This document shows, piece after piece, positions 41,701-58,855 of a stretch of DNA of 64,000 nucleotides. The position numbers and the translations under genes were made by a program. Under the pieces are notes generated by a model that ran no database searches, was not told the DNA's origin, and was given only the letters and a program-made list of their open reading frames with translations. Source of the DNA: Eledone cirrhosa (Eukaryota); NCBI GenBank assembly GCA_964016885.1, contig OZ024740.1:336846001-336910000 (forward strand), given 5' to 3'. Position 1 is the stretch's first letter. Each line of letters starts with the position of its first letter.

Positions 41701-42550
41701 GCTAAAGGGTTCTCCCTAAAAATGAAAGGCAGGTTGTACGATGCCTGCATACGAACAGCAATGTTGCATGGCAGTGAGACCTGGGCATTGTGTGCAGAGG
41801 ATATACGCAGACTAGAGAGAAACGAAGCTTGAATGCTCCGCTGGATGTGTAATAGTAATATACGTGAACGGCAAAGCATAAACGAACTAAGGAAAAAATT
41901 AGAAATAAGAGGGATCAGATGTTGTTTACTCGAGAGAAGGCTACGTTGGTATGGTCACGTGATGCGCATGAAGGACGATAGCTGTATAACAAAGTGCAGG
42001 GCAATAAAGATAGACGGTAGCCACGGAATAGGCAGACCCAGAAAAACCTGGGACGAGCTGATAAATTCCGACCTCACACACTTACACCTCACCAAGACAA
42101 TGTCACTGGACCGAGACCTTTGGCGGTACTCAGTAATAGAGAAGACCCGCCTTACCTAAATACAAAGTAAAACCTACTACAGTCAGTAGGCATCTCTAAC
42201 AAAATACACCCCCGTCCCACCACCCCCACCCCATCCACACCGCCCCTTTCAATGTAAAGTTATGTTGGTGCCACAACATCCAGGCCGAAACAAATGAGAT
42301 CGTGTAGGTGTCACGTCATAAAAACACACAGTTCACGCTGTAATGTGGCCGTGTAGGCAACACGGTAAAAACCTCCCAGTCCTACACTGTAAATGTGGTT
42401 GGTGTTAGGAAGGGCATCCAGCTGTAGAAAACCCGCCAGATAGTCCTATGCGAGCAAGATAACCACTCTTGCCTCAAGTGGGAAAACCCTCCGTCCAAAC
42501 CCATGCAAGCATGGAACACGGACGTTAAACGATGATGATGATGATGATGA
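38800..42550 (+). mobile_element. Near full-length RTE LINE (family A) with ~390-bp 3' UTR and (GAT)n tail; 5' boundary uncertain
   Basis: ORF above. 3' UTR is shared with copies at 14.3-15.3 kb and 50.1-50.8 kb. Confidence 0.9.
38929..42159 (+). pseudogene. RTE-clade LINE ORF (AP endonuclease + reverse transcriptase + PHD-type finger) with a single premature stop at 41830-41832
   Basis: APE motifs (TLNVGTL, IQETRW, GDLNGH, QVDYIL) and RT motifs (DLEKAFD, QGSVLSP, YADD). The frame continues past TGA, where sibling copies at ~14607 and ~50770 read TGC. Confidence 0.95.
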
Positions 42551-42577
42551 TATATATACATATATATATATATATAT

Positions 42578-43802
42578 ACTAGCATTAAAGCCCGGCGTTG
42601 CTCGGGGTCATTAAGTTACCAAAGTTAGGTTGCACCACCCATTTTATGGCAGCACTTTTTAGACTGCCAGGCACTGGGTGAATGAATTGCAGACCTGGAA
42701 GCATGAGCTGCGCCAGCAGTGACAATTGTAGTTTCGCCTATGGATATTATCTCTGTGCAAAAAAGTGTTGAAATTTATTGTTTCACAGTACTTGCGCAAC
42801 ACGCGCGTAAACGATGCCAGCCGAACAACAGAGCTGCGATGGAGTTGTTCTGCATGGTTATTTGTGTGTTTTCTAAATTTAAGACAGTAGGGAGGGTTGT
42901 GATATGGGGGAGAGTTAGCTGCTGTTTCTAGTAGGTTTAGTAACCTCATAGAGGATATGTGTTTTCTAAATTTAAGACAGTAGGGAGTGGTGTGAACGGA
43001 CAGTATCAGCATCAAGCTTGGAAAGAGAAAGTAGCAGAAAGTATGAAGTTGTATAGATTTTGAATGGTAGTAGAAAGAGTTCAGCAGTTTAAATGAGAGA
43101 GAAAAATCGTAAAATATTGAGTTTTATCTATTTTTTGCGTAATTGTGGGTGAAATTGAAAAAATTATCCGCGTCAAGACGCAATCGAAGCTATTTCGAGA
43201 GCTGAATTGTAAATTTCAATTGAAGAAATTCTATATCGTAGATTTCTATAACGAAGGAGCATGACCACACACTGAGCTTTATAGATTACTAGCAGTAAAG
43301 CCCGGCATTGCTCGGGGTCGCTCAGTAGCTGTGTTAAAGTTACAATGTTAAGTTTCTTTTTTGGCTTAAAAACTGTAGTGTCTACTGTGCAGACTTGCAT
43401 GTGGTGTTTTTGATTAATATTCCCTCAACCAACAATATGCCTTATGAAGTTAAGAAAACATAACGATAACCCGAATGTTATAACAAAAGAGGATGCTGGG
43501 GATAAAAACTGCACTGGTTATTTATTAACAAAGATCGAAAATGTAAACACTGCAACGCAGAGAAAAACAACTTAAGACGCTCAGTGTAAACAGAACAAAG
43601 GGAAATAACTCGTCACTTACGCTCAAAAATCGATACATTAGATTCGATTTCGTCACATAGGGTGGGTCAATTTGAAATATTTTTTTTCCGATGTCTTCGC
43701 TAGGGCACAATGTACAAGTATAGCAATTTCGGTGCAATTCCGTCAGAGATTCTAAGAGGAGATGTGTGCCCAAAATCGATAGACAGACAGACAACCACAG
43801 CT

Positions 43803-43815
<13 letters not shown>
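42578..43815 (-). mobile_element. Non-autonomous Helitron with two 3' terminators
   Basis: 5' TCTATATATATAAAG...GTCTGTCTATC at ~43815. 3' hairpin CCCGAGCAA(C/T)GCCGGG plus CTAGT at both ~43288 and ~42578. Confidence 0.7.
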
Positions 43816-47685
<3,870 letters not shown>

Positions 47686-47687
47686 TC

Positions 47688-48057
47688 TATCTAAGGCGGG
47701 TAAAATTCCCGAGATCCATGGACGAGTTCTCTCCAGCGGTCTCTGTCCCTCATTATCGCTGCCATATCCTGCATCTCCAACAGACCAGTGTCTGTCCTTA
47801 GGGCATCAACATATGTTAACCTTGGTCTTCCTCTTCTAGTGTGTCCATGTAGGGGCTCCCAAAGGAGCACTGAGTGCAATGTCAACTCTGGATGTCGGTG
47901 AGCATGTCCAGCCAACCTCAGTCTCCTCTGTGTCACTTTTGAGCTGACTTTTGGGATGCCCCCATACAGTTCTGAGTTTTTCATCCTCAATGTATACTGA
48001 TTAATGTTCAGAGCCCTCCTCAGCATTCTCGTGTAGCACCCATCCACCATCTGAGTG

Positions 48058-48060
<3 letters not shown>
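47688..48060 (-). mobile_element. 3' fragment of an RTE/RTE-X-like LINE
   Basis: DGCYTRMLRRALNI...RRLRLAGHAHRH...[10 protein letters not shown]...DRDRWR. Partly duplicated at 49762-49953. Confidence 0.85.
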
Positions 48061-48137
<77 letters not shown>

Positions 48138-48311
48138 TAATTTAATATATCAACTAACATAAGCGCACAGATGCACGCCCATGCCAGCAAATACACAGGT
48201 TATGTCATAGTACCTAGGTGGTTCAATGCAGGAGAATGCAGAACAATAATATAAAGGACGTAAAATAAGAAAATATTTTTTTAAAAAAATTTAAAAAAAA
48301 TTTTTTTCCTT

Positions 48312-48421
48312 ACTTAAATTTTCACTCCAACTAATTAGTTTCTGCAATGGGATAAAGACAGTTACGTAATCCAACTGTCGAGAATTCATTGCGTCATCAG
48401 GAAGTCTATTCTCAGTTAAGT
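48312..48421 (-). ncRNA. Type I hammerhead ribozyme (inverted copy)
   Basis: Reverse complement of 49002-49111. Confidence 0.82.
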
Positions 48422-49001
48422 CTCCAGGCAATGCGCGGACACTGGCGGCTCATATAAAAATAATAATAATTCGGTAGATCGAACAGCTTGCGAGGACTGG
48501 ATTCTATGTACCGAAATTCTCACTGCTTCAAGTCAAATGGCCGATTCTAAAGAATCAATCACGTGACACAGAGGCTAGTTAGAAGGAATGGGATGGTAAG
48601 ATGACTGACGCCTACTAACACCCCAAAAAAAATTTTTTTTAGAAGTGGTTTTGACAAGTTTGCTCGACAAATCAGTGATTTGGAGATAAATATAGATAAT
48701 TTAATATATCAACTAACATAAGCGCACAGATGCACGCCCATGCCAGCAAATACACAGGTTATGTCATAGTACCTAGGTGGTTCAATGCAGGAGAATGCAG
48801 AACAATAATATAAAGGACGTAAAATAAGAAAATATTCCTTCTAACTAGCCTCTGTGTCACGTGATTGATTCTTTAGAATCGGCCATTTGACTTGAAGCAG
48901 TGAGAATTTCGGTACATAGAATCCAGTCCTCGCAAGCTGTTCGATCTACCGAATTATTATTATTTTTATATGAGCCGCCAGTGTCCGCGCATTGCCTGGA
49001 G

Positions 49002-49111
49002 ACTTAACTGAGAATAGACTTCCTGATGACGCAATGAATTCTCGACAGTTGGATTACGTAACTGTCTTTATCCCATTGCAGAAACTAATTAGTTGGAGTG
49101 AAAATTTAAGT
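49002..49111 (+). ncRNA. Type I hammerhead ribozyme (retrozyme unit), predicted cleavage after 49094
   Basis: Stem I ACUUC/GGAGU extended by ACUUAA/UUAAGU. CUGAUGA at 49023-29. Stem II GCAAUG/CAUUGC plus GACAGUU/AACUGUC. GAAA at 49081-84. Palindromic stem III ACUAAUUAGU. GUU triplet. Confidence 0.82.
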
Positions 49112-49560
49112 AAGGAAAAAAATTTTTTTTAAATTTTTTTAAAAAAATATTTTCTTATTTTACGTCCTTTATATTATTGTTCTGCATTCTCCTGCATTGA
49201 ACCACCTAGGTACTATGACATAACCTGTGTATTTGCTGGCATGGGCGTGCATCTGTGCGCTTATGTTAGTTGATATATTAAATTATCTATATTTATCTCC
49301 AAATCACTGATTTGTCGAGCAAACTTGTCAAAACCACTTCTAAAAAAAATTTTTTTTGGGGTGTTAGTAGGCGTCAGTCATCTTACCATCCCATTCCTTC
49401 TAACTAGCCTCTGTGTCACGTGATTGATTCTTTAGAATCGGCCATTTGACTTGAAGCAGTGAGAATTTCGGTACATAGAATCCAGTCCTCGCAAGCTGTT
49501 CGATCTACCGAATTATTATTATTTTTATATGAGCCGCCAGTGTCCGCGCATTGCCTGGAG

Positions 49561-49670
49561 ACTTAACTGAGAATAGACTTCCTGATGACGCAATGAATTC
49601 TCGACAGTTGGATTACGTAACTGTCTTTATCCCATTGCAGAAACTAATTAGTTGGAGTGAAAATTTAAGT
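49561..49670 (+). ncRNA. Type I hammerhead ribozyme (second tandem copy), predicted cleavage after 49653
   Basis: Identical by eye to 49002-49111. Confidence 0.82.
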
Positions 49671-49725
49671 AAGGAAAAAAATTTTTTTTAAATTTTTTTA
49701 AAAAAATATTTTCTTATTTTACGTC

Positions 49726-49763
<38 letters not shown>

Positions 49764-49950
49764 TGAGTGCAATGTCAACTCTGGATGTCGGTGAGCATGT
49801 CCAGCCAACCTCAGTCTCCTCTGTGTCACTTTTGAGCTGACTTTTGGGATGCCCCCATACAGTTCTGAGTTTTTCATCCTCAATGTATACTGATTAATGT
49901 TCAGAGCCCTCCTCAGCATTCTCGTGTAGCACCCATCCACCATCTGAGTG

Positions 49951-50074
<124 letters not shown>

Positions 50075-50080
50075 CATATA

Positions 50081-51189
50081 TCATCATCAACGTTTAACGT
50101 CCGTGTTCCACGCTTGCATGGGTTTGGACGGGGGTAGTCCTACTTGAGGCAAGAGTGATTGTCTTGCTCGCATAGGACTGTCTGGCAGGTTTTCTACAGT
50201 TGGATGCCCTTCCTAACACCAACCACATTTACAGTGTGGGTCTGGGAGGTTTTTACCGTGTTGCCTACACGGCCACATTACAGCGTGGACTGTGTGTTTT
50301 TTGTCGTGACACCTACACGATCTCATTTGTTTCGGCCTGGATGGCGCGGCACCAACATAACTTTACATAGAACGGGGTGGTGTGGATGGGGGGGTGTATT
50401 TTGTTAGAGATGCCTACTGGCTGGAGTAGCTTTTACTATATATTTAGGTAAGGCGGGTCTTCTCTGTTACTGAGTACCGCCAAAGGTCTCGGTCCAGTGA
50501 CATTGTCTTGGAGAGGTGTAAGTGTGTGATGTCGGAGTTTATCAGCTCGTCCCAGGTTTTTCTAGGTCTGCCTATTCCGTGACTACCGTCTATCTTTATT
50601 GCCCTGCACTTTGTTATACAGCTATCGACTTTCATGCGCATCACGTGTCCATACCAACGTAGCCTTCTCTCGAGTAAACAACATCTGATCCCTCTTATTT
50701 CTAATTTTTTCCTTAGTTCGTTTATGCTTTGCCGTTCACGTATATTACTGTTACACATCCAGCGGAGCATGCAAGCTTCGTTCCTCTCTAGTCTGCGTAT
50801 ATCCTCTGCACACAATGCCCAGGTCTCACTGCCATTAATAGTGTATAATATTATGAAGGTGTATAATTCTAGTCATTAGCTCTCCAGATATTGGGCCGCG
50901 CAGATTTGCGCATGCTTCTGGATTCATCTTAAATTTCCCACAAGCGTACAATGTTACTTATACGTAGGTCTGAAAATATCAGCGATTTAATGAAGACCAG
51001 TGTCTTCCTAGCGATTTATATATTATCAGACCTTGCAGAATGAACTTGTTAGAACTAACATGGCTTTGGTATCAACAACTTCCCTATGATGACGGAATTT
51101 CTTCCAATATTGGTTATCCTAATTCTGACTCTAGCTACTGTACTTTCAGAGCACCCTCCCCCACTGCTGATTTTATCGCCCAGGTAACG
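50081..51189 (-). mobile_element. 5'-truncated RTE family A copy, interrupted at ~50835-51121 by unrelated sequence
   Basis: 50081-50834 matches the 3' end of the full element. 51122-51189 encodes [22 protein letters not shown]. Confidence 0.9.
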
Positions 51190-51414
51190 TACATATATAT
51201 ATATACACATATATACACATATATATACATATATATATATATATACATATATATACATATATATACATATATATATACACATATATATACATATATATAT
51301 ACATATATATACACATATATATATACATATATATACACATATATATATTCATATATATATACACATATATATATTCATATATATGTGAATATACATATGT
51401 ATATATACATATAC

Positions 51415-51461
<47 letters not shown>

Positions 51462-51462
51462 C

Positions 51463-51494
<32 letters not shown>

Positions 51495-51521
51495 ATATAT
51501 TTATATATATACATATACATA

Positions 51522-51628
<107 letters not shown>

Positions 51629-52006
51629 CTACATATATATATACATATATATACATATACATATATATACATATATATATATACATATATATACATATAT
51701 ATATATACATTTATATATACATATATATAAATATATATATACATATATATACATATATATATATACATATACATATATACATATACATATACATATATAT
51801 ATACATATACATATACATATATGTATACATATATATATACATATATATACATATATGTATACATATATATACATATATATACATATATATACACATATAT
51901 ATATACATATATATACACATATATATATACATATATGTATACATATATATACATATATATACACATATATATACATATATATACATATATATATACATAT
52001 ATATAT

Positions 52007-52322
52007 GGTGGCTGCCAACTCGTTTTCGAGTACGGCCACTACTTTATATCCATGTAGGAGAACGCCTACCGATGCGCTGAACGAGTGTGACTTTTTAGTC
52101 CAGCCAGCGTATTGAAAACTCTGGTACAAACACTACACTTGTGACAATTATTGACACATAGTGCTGGGCCCATGGTACCATGTGAGGACAAGTGCAGAGA
52201 GATCTCCAGATATAAAGCAATGCATGTGCCGTGAAGCTTTTATAGTGAGCAAAGGCACTGCACAAAGCCAGTCCCACTCTCTTAACCAAGATGATATTTA
52301 CCAAAAAGAAGAACAAGTCAAC
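52007..52322 (-). mobile_element. 3' fragment of an RTE/BovB-like LINE with terminal C2H2 finger and 3' stem-loop
   Basis: Minus frame [22 protein letters not shown] at ~52072-52137. Terminal hairpin AGTGGCCG...CAGCCACC, then (AT)n. Confidence 0.65.
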
Positions 52323-52816
52323 ATATATATATACATATATATATACATATATATATACATATATATATATACATATATATATACATATATATACATATAT
52401 ATATACATATATATACATATATATATACATATATATATATATACATATATATATACATATATATACATATATATATACATATATATATATACATATATAT
52501 ATACATATATATATATATACATATATATACATATATATATATACATATATATACATATATATACATACATATATATACATATATATATATACATATATAT
52601 ACATATATATATATACATATATATACATATATATATATACATATATATACATATATATATATACATATATATACATACATATATATACATATATATACAT
52701 ACATATATATACATATATATATATACATATATATATATACATATATATACATATATATATACATATATATACATATATATATATACATATATACATATAT
52801 ATATACATATATATAC

Positions 52817-52869
<53 letters not shown>

Positions 52870-52998
52870 CATATATATACATATATATACATATATATAC
52901 ATATATATACATATATATACATATATATATATATACATATATATACATATATATACATATATACATATATATACATATATATACATATATATATATAC

Positions 52999-53163
<165 letters not shown>

Positions 53164-53169
53164 CTTATA

Positions 53170-53249
<80 letters not shown>

Positions 53250-53250
53250 C

Positions 53251-53379
<129 letters not shown>

Positions 53380-53396
53380 TATACATATATATATAT

Positions 53397-53429
<33 letters not shown>

Positions 53430-53620
53430 TATATACATACATATATACATATATATATACATATATACATATATATATACATATATACATATATATATAC
53501 ATATGTATATACATATATATATACATATATATATACATATATACATATATATATACATATGTATATACATATATATATACATATATATATACATATATAT
53601 ATATACATACATATATATAT

Positions 53621-55807
53621 CATCATCATCATCATCATTTTACGTCCGCTTTTTCCTGCTTGCAAGGGTGGGATGGGTCTTATTCAGCACAGCATCTCTC
53701 CACTCGTCACGGTCCCTCGTCATCTCCACCGTGAGCTTCAATGATCTGAGGTCTGTTCTCACCACCTCCGCCCATGTTTTTCGTGGTCTACCTCTACCAC
53801 GTCTTCTTTCAACTGGCATTTCCTGGCACTTCTTCACCCATCGGTCATCCTCCATGCGCATCACATGTCCATACCACCTCAGTCTCCTCTCCCGTACACT
53901 ACATTCTATCCCTCTCAGACACAGTTTCTCTCTCAACACATTTATGCTGGGTCGTTCACGTACATTTACACTGCACATCCAACGGAGCATGCTTGCCTCA
54001 TTTCTCTCCAGCCGTCGCATATCCTCTGCGGTTGCTGCCCATGTCTCACTACCATGCAGCATCGCACTCCTCACACAGGCATCATACAACCGGCCTTTCG
54101 TACGCAGGGAGAAACCCTTCTTCGTCAACAGAAGAAGCAGCTCCCTAAACTTCTTCCAACCCGTCCTTATTCTAGATACTATGGCCTCGGAACACCCTCC
54201 TCCCATGCTAATCTGATCTCCTAAGTACCGGAAGCTATCCACCACTTCTATAGCGCCCTCTCGCATTTGAAAAATGTGTCTATCAGTGCGACTTCTACTG
54301 TCTAATTTCCCTGTACATCTACTGCATACATATTTCTCCCTACCTGTTAGTTTGCCTGCTATCTCGCTACATCTCTTGTGTACCCAGGACCTGCATTGTG
54401 TGCATTTTATAGAATTTATGCCAGTTCCTTTTCTGCATATCGAACATGGCCATTTCCCTGACGGAATCAGGGTTTTGTCCTCTTTTCTACTCATCAACAC
54501 TTTTGTCTTAGCTAGATTTACTCTCAGTCCTCTTGCTTCCAACTGCTGTTTCCATAGCCGGAATTTATTCTCTAGCTCCTCTACTGATTCTGCTATAAGA
54601 GCCAGATCGTCAGCATAGAGAAGTTCCCATGGACAGCCAGTCTTAAACTCCTCTATTATGGCTTGGAGGACTATAATGAACAAGAGCGGGCTGAGGACTG
54701 AACCCTGATGTACTCCTACTTGTATCTGGAATTCCTCACTAAACTCCATTCCTACCCTGACTTTACTGAGAGTACCTCTGCACAAATTTTGCACTGTCCT
54801 CACAAGCCATTCCTCAACACCTAGCTTCCTTAGAGACCACCAGATGACAGATCGGGGTACCCTATCAAAGGCCTTCTCTAGGTCAACAAAGGCTAAGTAT
54901 AGTGGCTTATTCTTCTCTAAGAACCTCTCTTGCATTTGTCTCACCAAGAAGAGGGCATCTGTTGTACTCTTCCCAGGCACTAAACCAAACTGCATCTCAT
55001 CTAGTTTGACCCTTTCTCTAATTAGTTGTGCTAAAATCCTTTCTGCCACTTTCATAACCTGATCTATCAGTTTTATACCCCTATAATTGCTCCTCTCCAA
55101 AGCATCCCCTTTACCTTTGTAGCAATTTATGAGAATACTGCTGCACCAGTCTTTGGGTATGACACCACCATATATAGCCTGATTGATGATGCGTGCAACC
55201 AGTTTAGTGCCTACGTCCCCTGATGCCTTCAGCATCTCAGCAACTATTCCCGATGGTCTGGCCGCCTTACCATTTTTCATTTCCCTAATCGCCTCTTGGA
55301 CCCTATATTCGTCAATCTCAATAGCTGGTCCCTCTGTCGGATCTACCAAGGGTAATTTCTCTCTCTCCCATTCGTTCTCCACATTCATCAGTCTCTCATA
55401 ATGACATTTCCAGGCCTCCTTTTTCTGGTCATTCGTGACACTAAGTACACCGGCATCATCCCGGACACATTTATCTCCAACAACATCCTGATTTGCATTG
55501 ACACACTGCCTTGCAATGTGGAACACCGCACGCCTCTGATCTTCCCGTCGCAGAACATTGGCAAACCTCCTACTCTCTGCCTCCCTGCGTGCTAAGTACA
55601 CCTGACGTCTAGCTTCTCTCTTAGTGGCTGTATATTCTTCCCTACTCCCACCCTTTTTCCAAGCCTTTCATGCTAGTCTTTTGTCTCTAATAGCCTTATC
55701 TACTGTGCTGTTCCACCACCAGGTCACTCTCTGTCTGGTTGGAGCTCTGCTCCAGCCACAGGTTTCATCAGTAGCCTGCAGCAAGTTGTCACGTAAGAAC
55801 TTCCAGT
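53621..55807 (-). mobile_element. 5'-truncated RTE LINE (family B), RT + PHD finger, ORF runs into the (GAT)n tail
   Basis: 653-aa ORF 53640-55601 with YADD. Clearly diverged from family A in sequence, with almost no 3' UTR. Confidence 0.95.
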
Positions 55808-55912
55808 TATATTGAAGGATTTGATAATATGTGCGAAGAAAAAGAAAATGTTAATATGTATTGAGAATAATGAGTTAGATGATAGGCAGAAAAGAATAAT
55901 GAATTGAGGATG

Positions 55913-55966
<54 letters not shown>

Positions 55967-56019
55967 ACATATATATATATATATACATACATATATATAC
56001 ATATATATATACATATATA

Positions 56020-57997
56020 ATATATAAGAACAAAAGATGGTTAAAGGAGTTCCATGTATTTTATTATGCGCATTTCAAAAACAAATATCATCATGCAATA
56101 ATATTTGTGTTTTCATCAGATAAAACAGGACATGATATGAAGGTTAAAAAACACTTGTGGATAGTTCAGTTTTAAATCAACATATGAGAAGTAGTTTTAG
56201 ATTGATGTGTGATATTGGGAAAAATATTTTATTTAGAGGGGGGGTGGTGAAAAAAAGGAGATGAGAGTGAAGGTGGAGAGGGAGGAGTATAGTGAGGAAG
56301 GATGAGATAGGAGGAGAGATGGGTGATAGAGAGAGAGAGATAGTTTTTATAACTGAGAAAGATATATTGTTTTGCTTAGAGAGGTTGAAAACCGTTGGAA
56401 GATAATGTATAAATTAAAAGAATTTGAAAATTAACGAAGAGAAAAATATGTGCGAAGAAAAAGGAGTTAATATGTATTGAGAATAATGAGTTAGATGATA
56501 GGGAGAAAAGAATAATGAATTGAGGATGAATATTCTAACGTCAAAAAAAATGTATATGTTTACGAAGGATTTTTACAAGGTGATATAGAGTAAGAATGTG
56601 TTGTATTATGTAATAATTGATTCTATGTTAGGCAAGAGTGAGAAAAGGTACAGATTAGGGGTTAGATATTAGAAGAGAAGAAAAGGAAGTGATAAATATG
56701 GGTGATGTAGAAAGAGTAAACAAGTATTATAGAATTTGAAAATTAACGAAGAGAAAAATAATGTAAAGTTAAGGTTTGTATATTGAAGGATTTGAGAAAA
56801 ATAATGTAAAGTTAAGGTTTGTATATTGAAGGATTTGATAATATGTGCGAAGAAAAAGAAAATGTTAATATGTATTGAGAATAATGAGTTAGATGATAGG
56901 GAGAAAAGAATAATGAATTGAGGATGAATAACCTAGCGTCAAAAAAAATGTATATGTTTACGAAGGATTTTTACAAGGTGATATAGAGTAAGAGTAATGA
57001 GTAAACAAGTATTATAGAATGTATAATAACCTTTGAAATAAGGTAGAAAGATGGGTATATTTTTAAAAGAAGTGTATATATATGTGCCTTTGAGAAAAAG
57101 ATTCTAAATTGATAAAGAATTGAATATTAGCTGTATACTTTGTGAAATGTTTTATGGAATTTATGCAAGCAGATAGAAAACAAGTCAGTGCGTCTATTTA
57201 TTATAGAATCTAGATTAGAGATAATGGTAAATTTTTCATTTAGACAGAGATTGCAGATTTTAGATAGAGAACTGTTCAAGTATGAAGACGCAGAAGAAAC
57301 CTTCTTCCAAAAGATGCTATATTTAATGTTTTTGTCTTTCAAGGACCATATGAGTTCTGAGAGAGCCGTGTTGGTTCTTTTAAGTTTGTATTTAAAAGAC
57401 GAATGATGGTTATAAAGATGAGCTTTAAAAGAGGTGGAAGTGGAGCCAAAATAGGTGAAGGAATTGGTGTCAGTTATAACTTTACATTCGTAAATTAAGT
57501 TTTTATCAAGACAATGGTTGTTGAGAGGACATTTATTTTTAATAGGGCAATTGCAATTGCAATTAGAGAGATTATTAATGAGTGACCTAGTGTTATCTAT
57601 AGAAGGAATTGGATTGGAGAAGTTGTTTGCGATAGGAATAATAGTTTCTTGATTTAGAATGGGATTATGAACATTTAGCGAAGTTGTGTTTGACGTTGTA
57701 TTTGGGGTTGTAGAAATTAGCCTAGGGTTTACGATGACGTCGGGAGTACTATTATTATGAAATTCAGTGTTGGAAGGAAGAGATTTAGTATTTAGTATTT
57801 TATTGTTGTGTTTAGAGATAATGTTGGAAATGTTGGAGGATGTAGAATAAGAAAATTTTATGGTGTTAAATATTTTACTATAGATATGTGAGGGAGGGAA
57901 GCATTTATTTAAGGCACTAAAGAATAATTTAGGAATATTGTTATTAATAGAGATGGAGAAAGGAGCATTATACCAGATTATATTTTTGTATCTAGGT
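56020..57997 (-). mobile_element. 5'-truncated Penelope-like element (RT thumb/linker + GIY-YIG endonuclease, repeat-rich 3' region with hammerhead)
   Basis: IIWYNAPFS...CNC..CPL..CL..NLIY...YFGST..FK...NH..SF...CNLCLNEK at 57127-57997. The N-terminal (YI)n part of the listed ORF is microsatellite. Confidence 0.88.
56059..56125 (-). ncRNA. Type I hammerhead in the Penelope 3' terminal region
   Basis: UUUUAU-CUGAUGA-[16-position stem II, 1 mismatch]-GAAA-UGCGCA-UA-AUAAAA. Palindromic stem III. Same strand as the GIY-YIG ORF. Confidence 0.85.
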
Positions 57998-58531
57998 ATA
58001 TATATACATATATATATATATACATATATATATATACATATATATATATACATATATATATATTCATATATATATATAGATATACATATATACATATATA
58101 TATATATATACATATACATATACATATATTTTTATTTTAATTATATCTCATAGAAAATAATCCAACTGGCTTTCCACGAAATACATATAGTTAGCACCCC
58201 AAACACTAAATTTGGATTATACTAACGTATATCCTAATGTTTGTTGAGTGAGACGGTTACCAGTCGGAGTTTAGCTTAAAGCTTTCTCTGTTATTGTATT
58301 AATTATATATATACATATATATATATACATATATATATATACATATATATATATACATATACATATATACATATACATACATATATATATATACATATAT
58401 ATATATATACATATATATATATACATATACATATATACATATACATATACATATATACATATACATATATATACATATATACATATATATATATATACCT
58501 ATATATATATATACATATATATATATAAAAA

Positions 58532-58611
<80 letters not shown>

Positions 58612-58633
58612 ATACATATACATATACATATAC

Positions 58634-58665
<32 letters not shown>

Positions 58666-58675
58666 ATACATATAC

Positions 58676-58744
<69 letters not shown>

Positions 58745-58855
58745 CATATATATATATACACCTATATATATATACATATATATATACATATAAATATACA
58801 TATACATACACATATATATATACATATACATACATATATATAAAGATATATATAC

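Larger units (their letters stand above)
48133..49732. mobile_element. Hammerhead-containing 559-bp tandem repeat (candidate non-LTR retrozyme), ~1.26 units antisense plus ~1.6 units sense
   Basis: Period 559 (48136 vs 48695; 49094 vs 49653). Inversion junction at ~48834-48836. No long ORF. One type I hammerhead per unit. Embedded in (TA)n. Confidence 0.8.

Noticed and set aside
48360-48600. 559-bp unit read as a captured promoter/first exon (E-box ATCACGTGAC, TATA, GATG|gtaag)
   Set aside because: The first ATG closes after 9 codons. The ribozyme fold on the opposite strand and the tandem periodicity explain the sequence better.
52007-52322. Highly structured novel ncRNA
   Set aside because: The minus strand encodes a C2H2 finger and LINE-type 3' hairpin, so it is better explained as a LINE 3' fragment.
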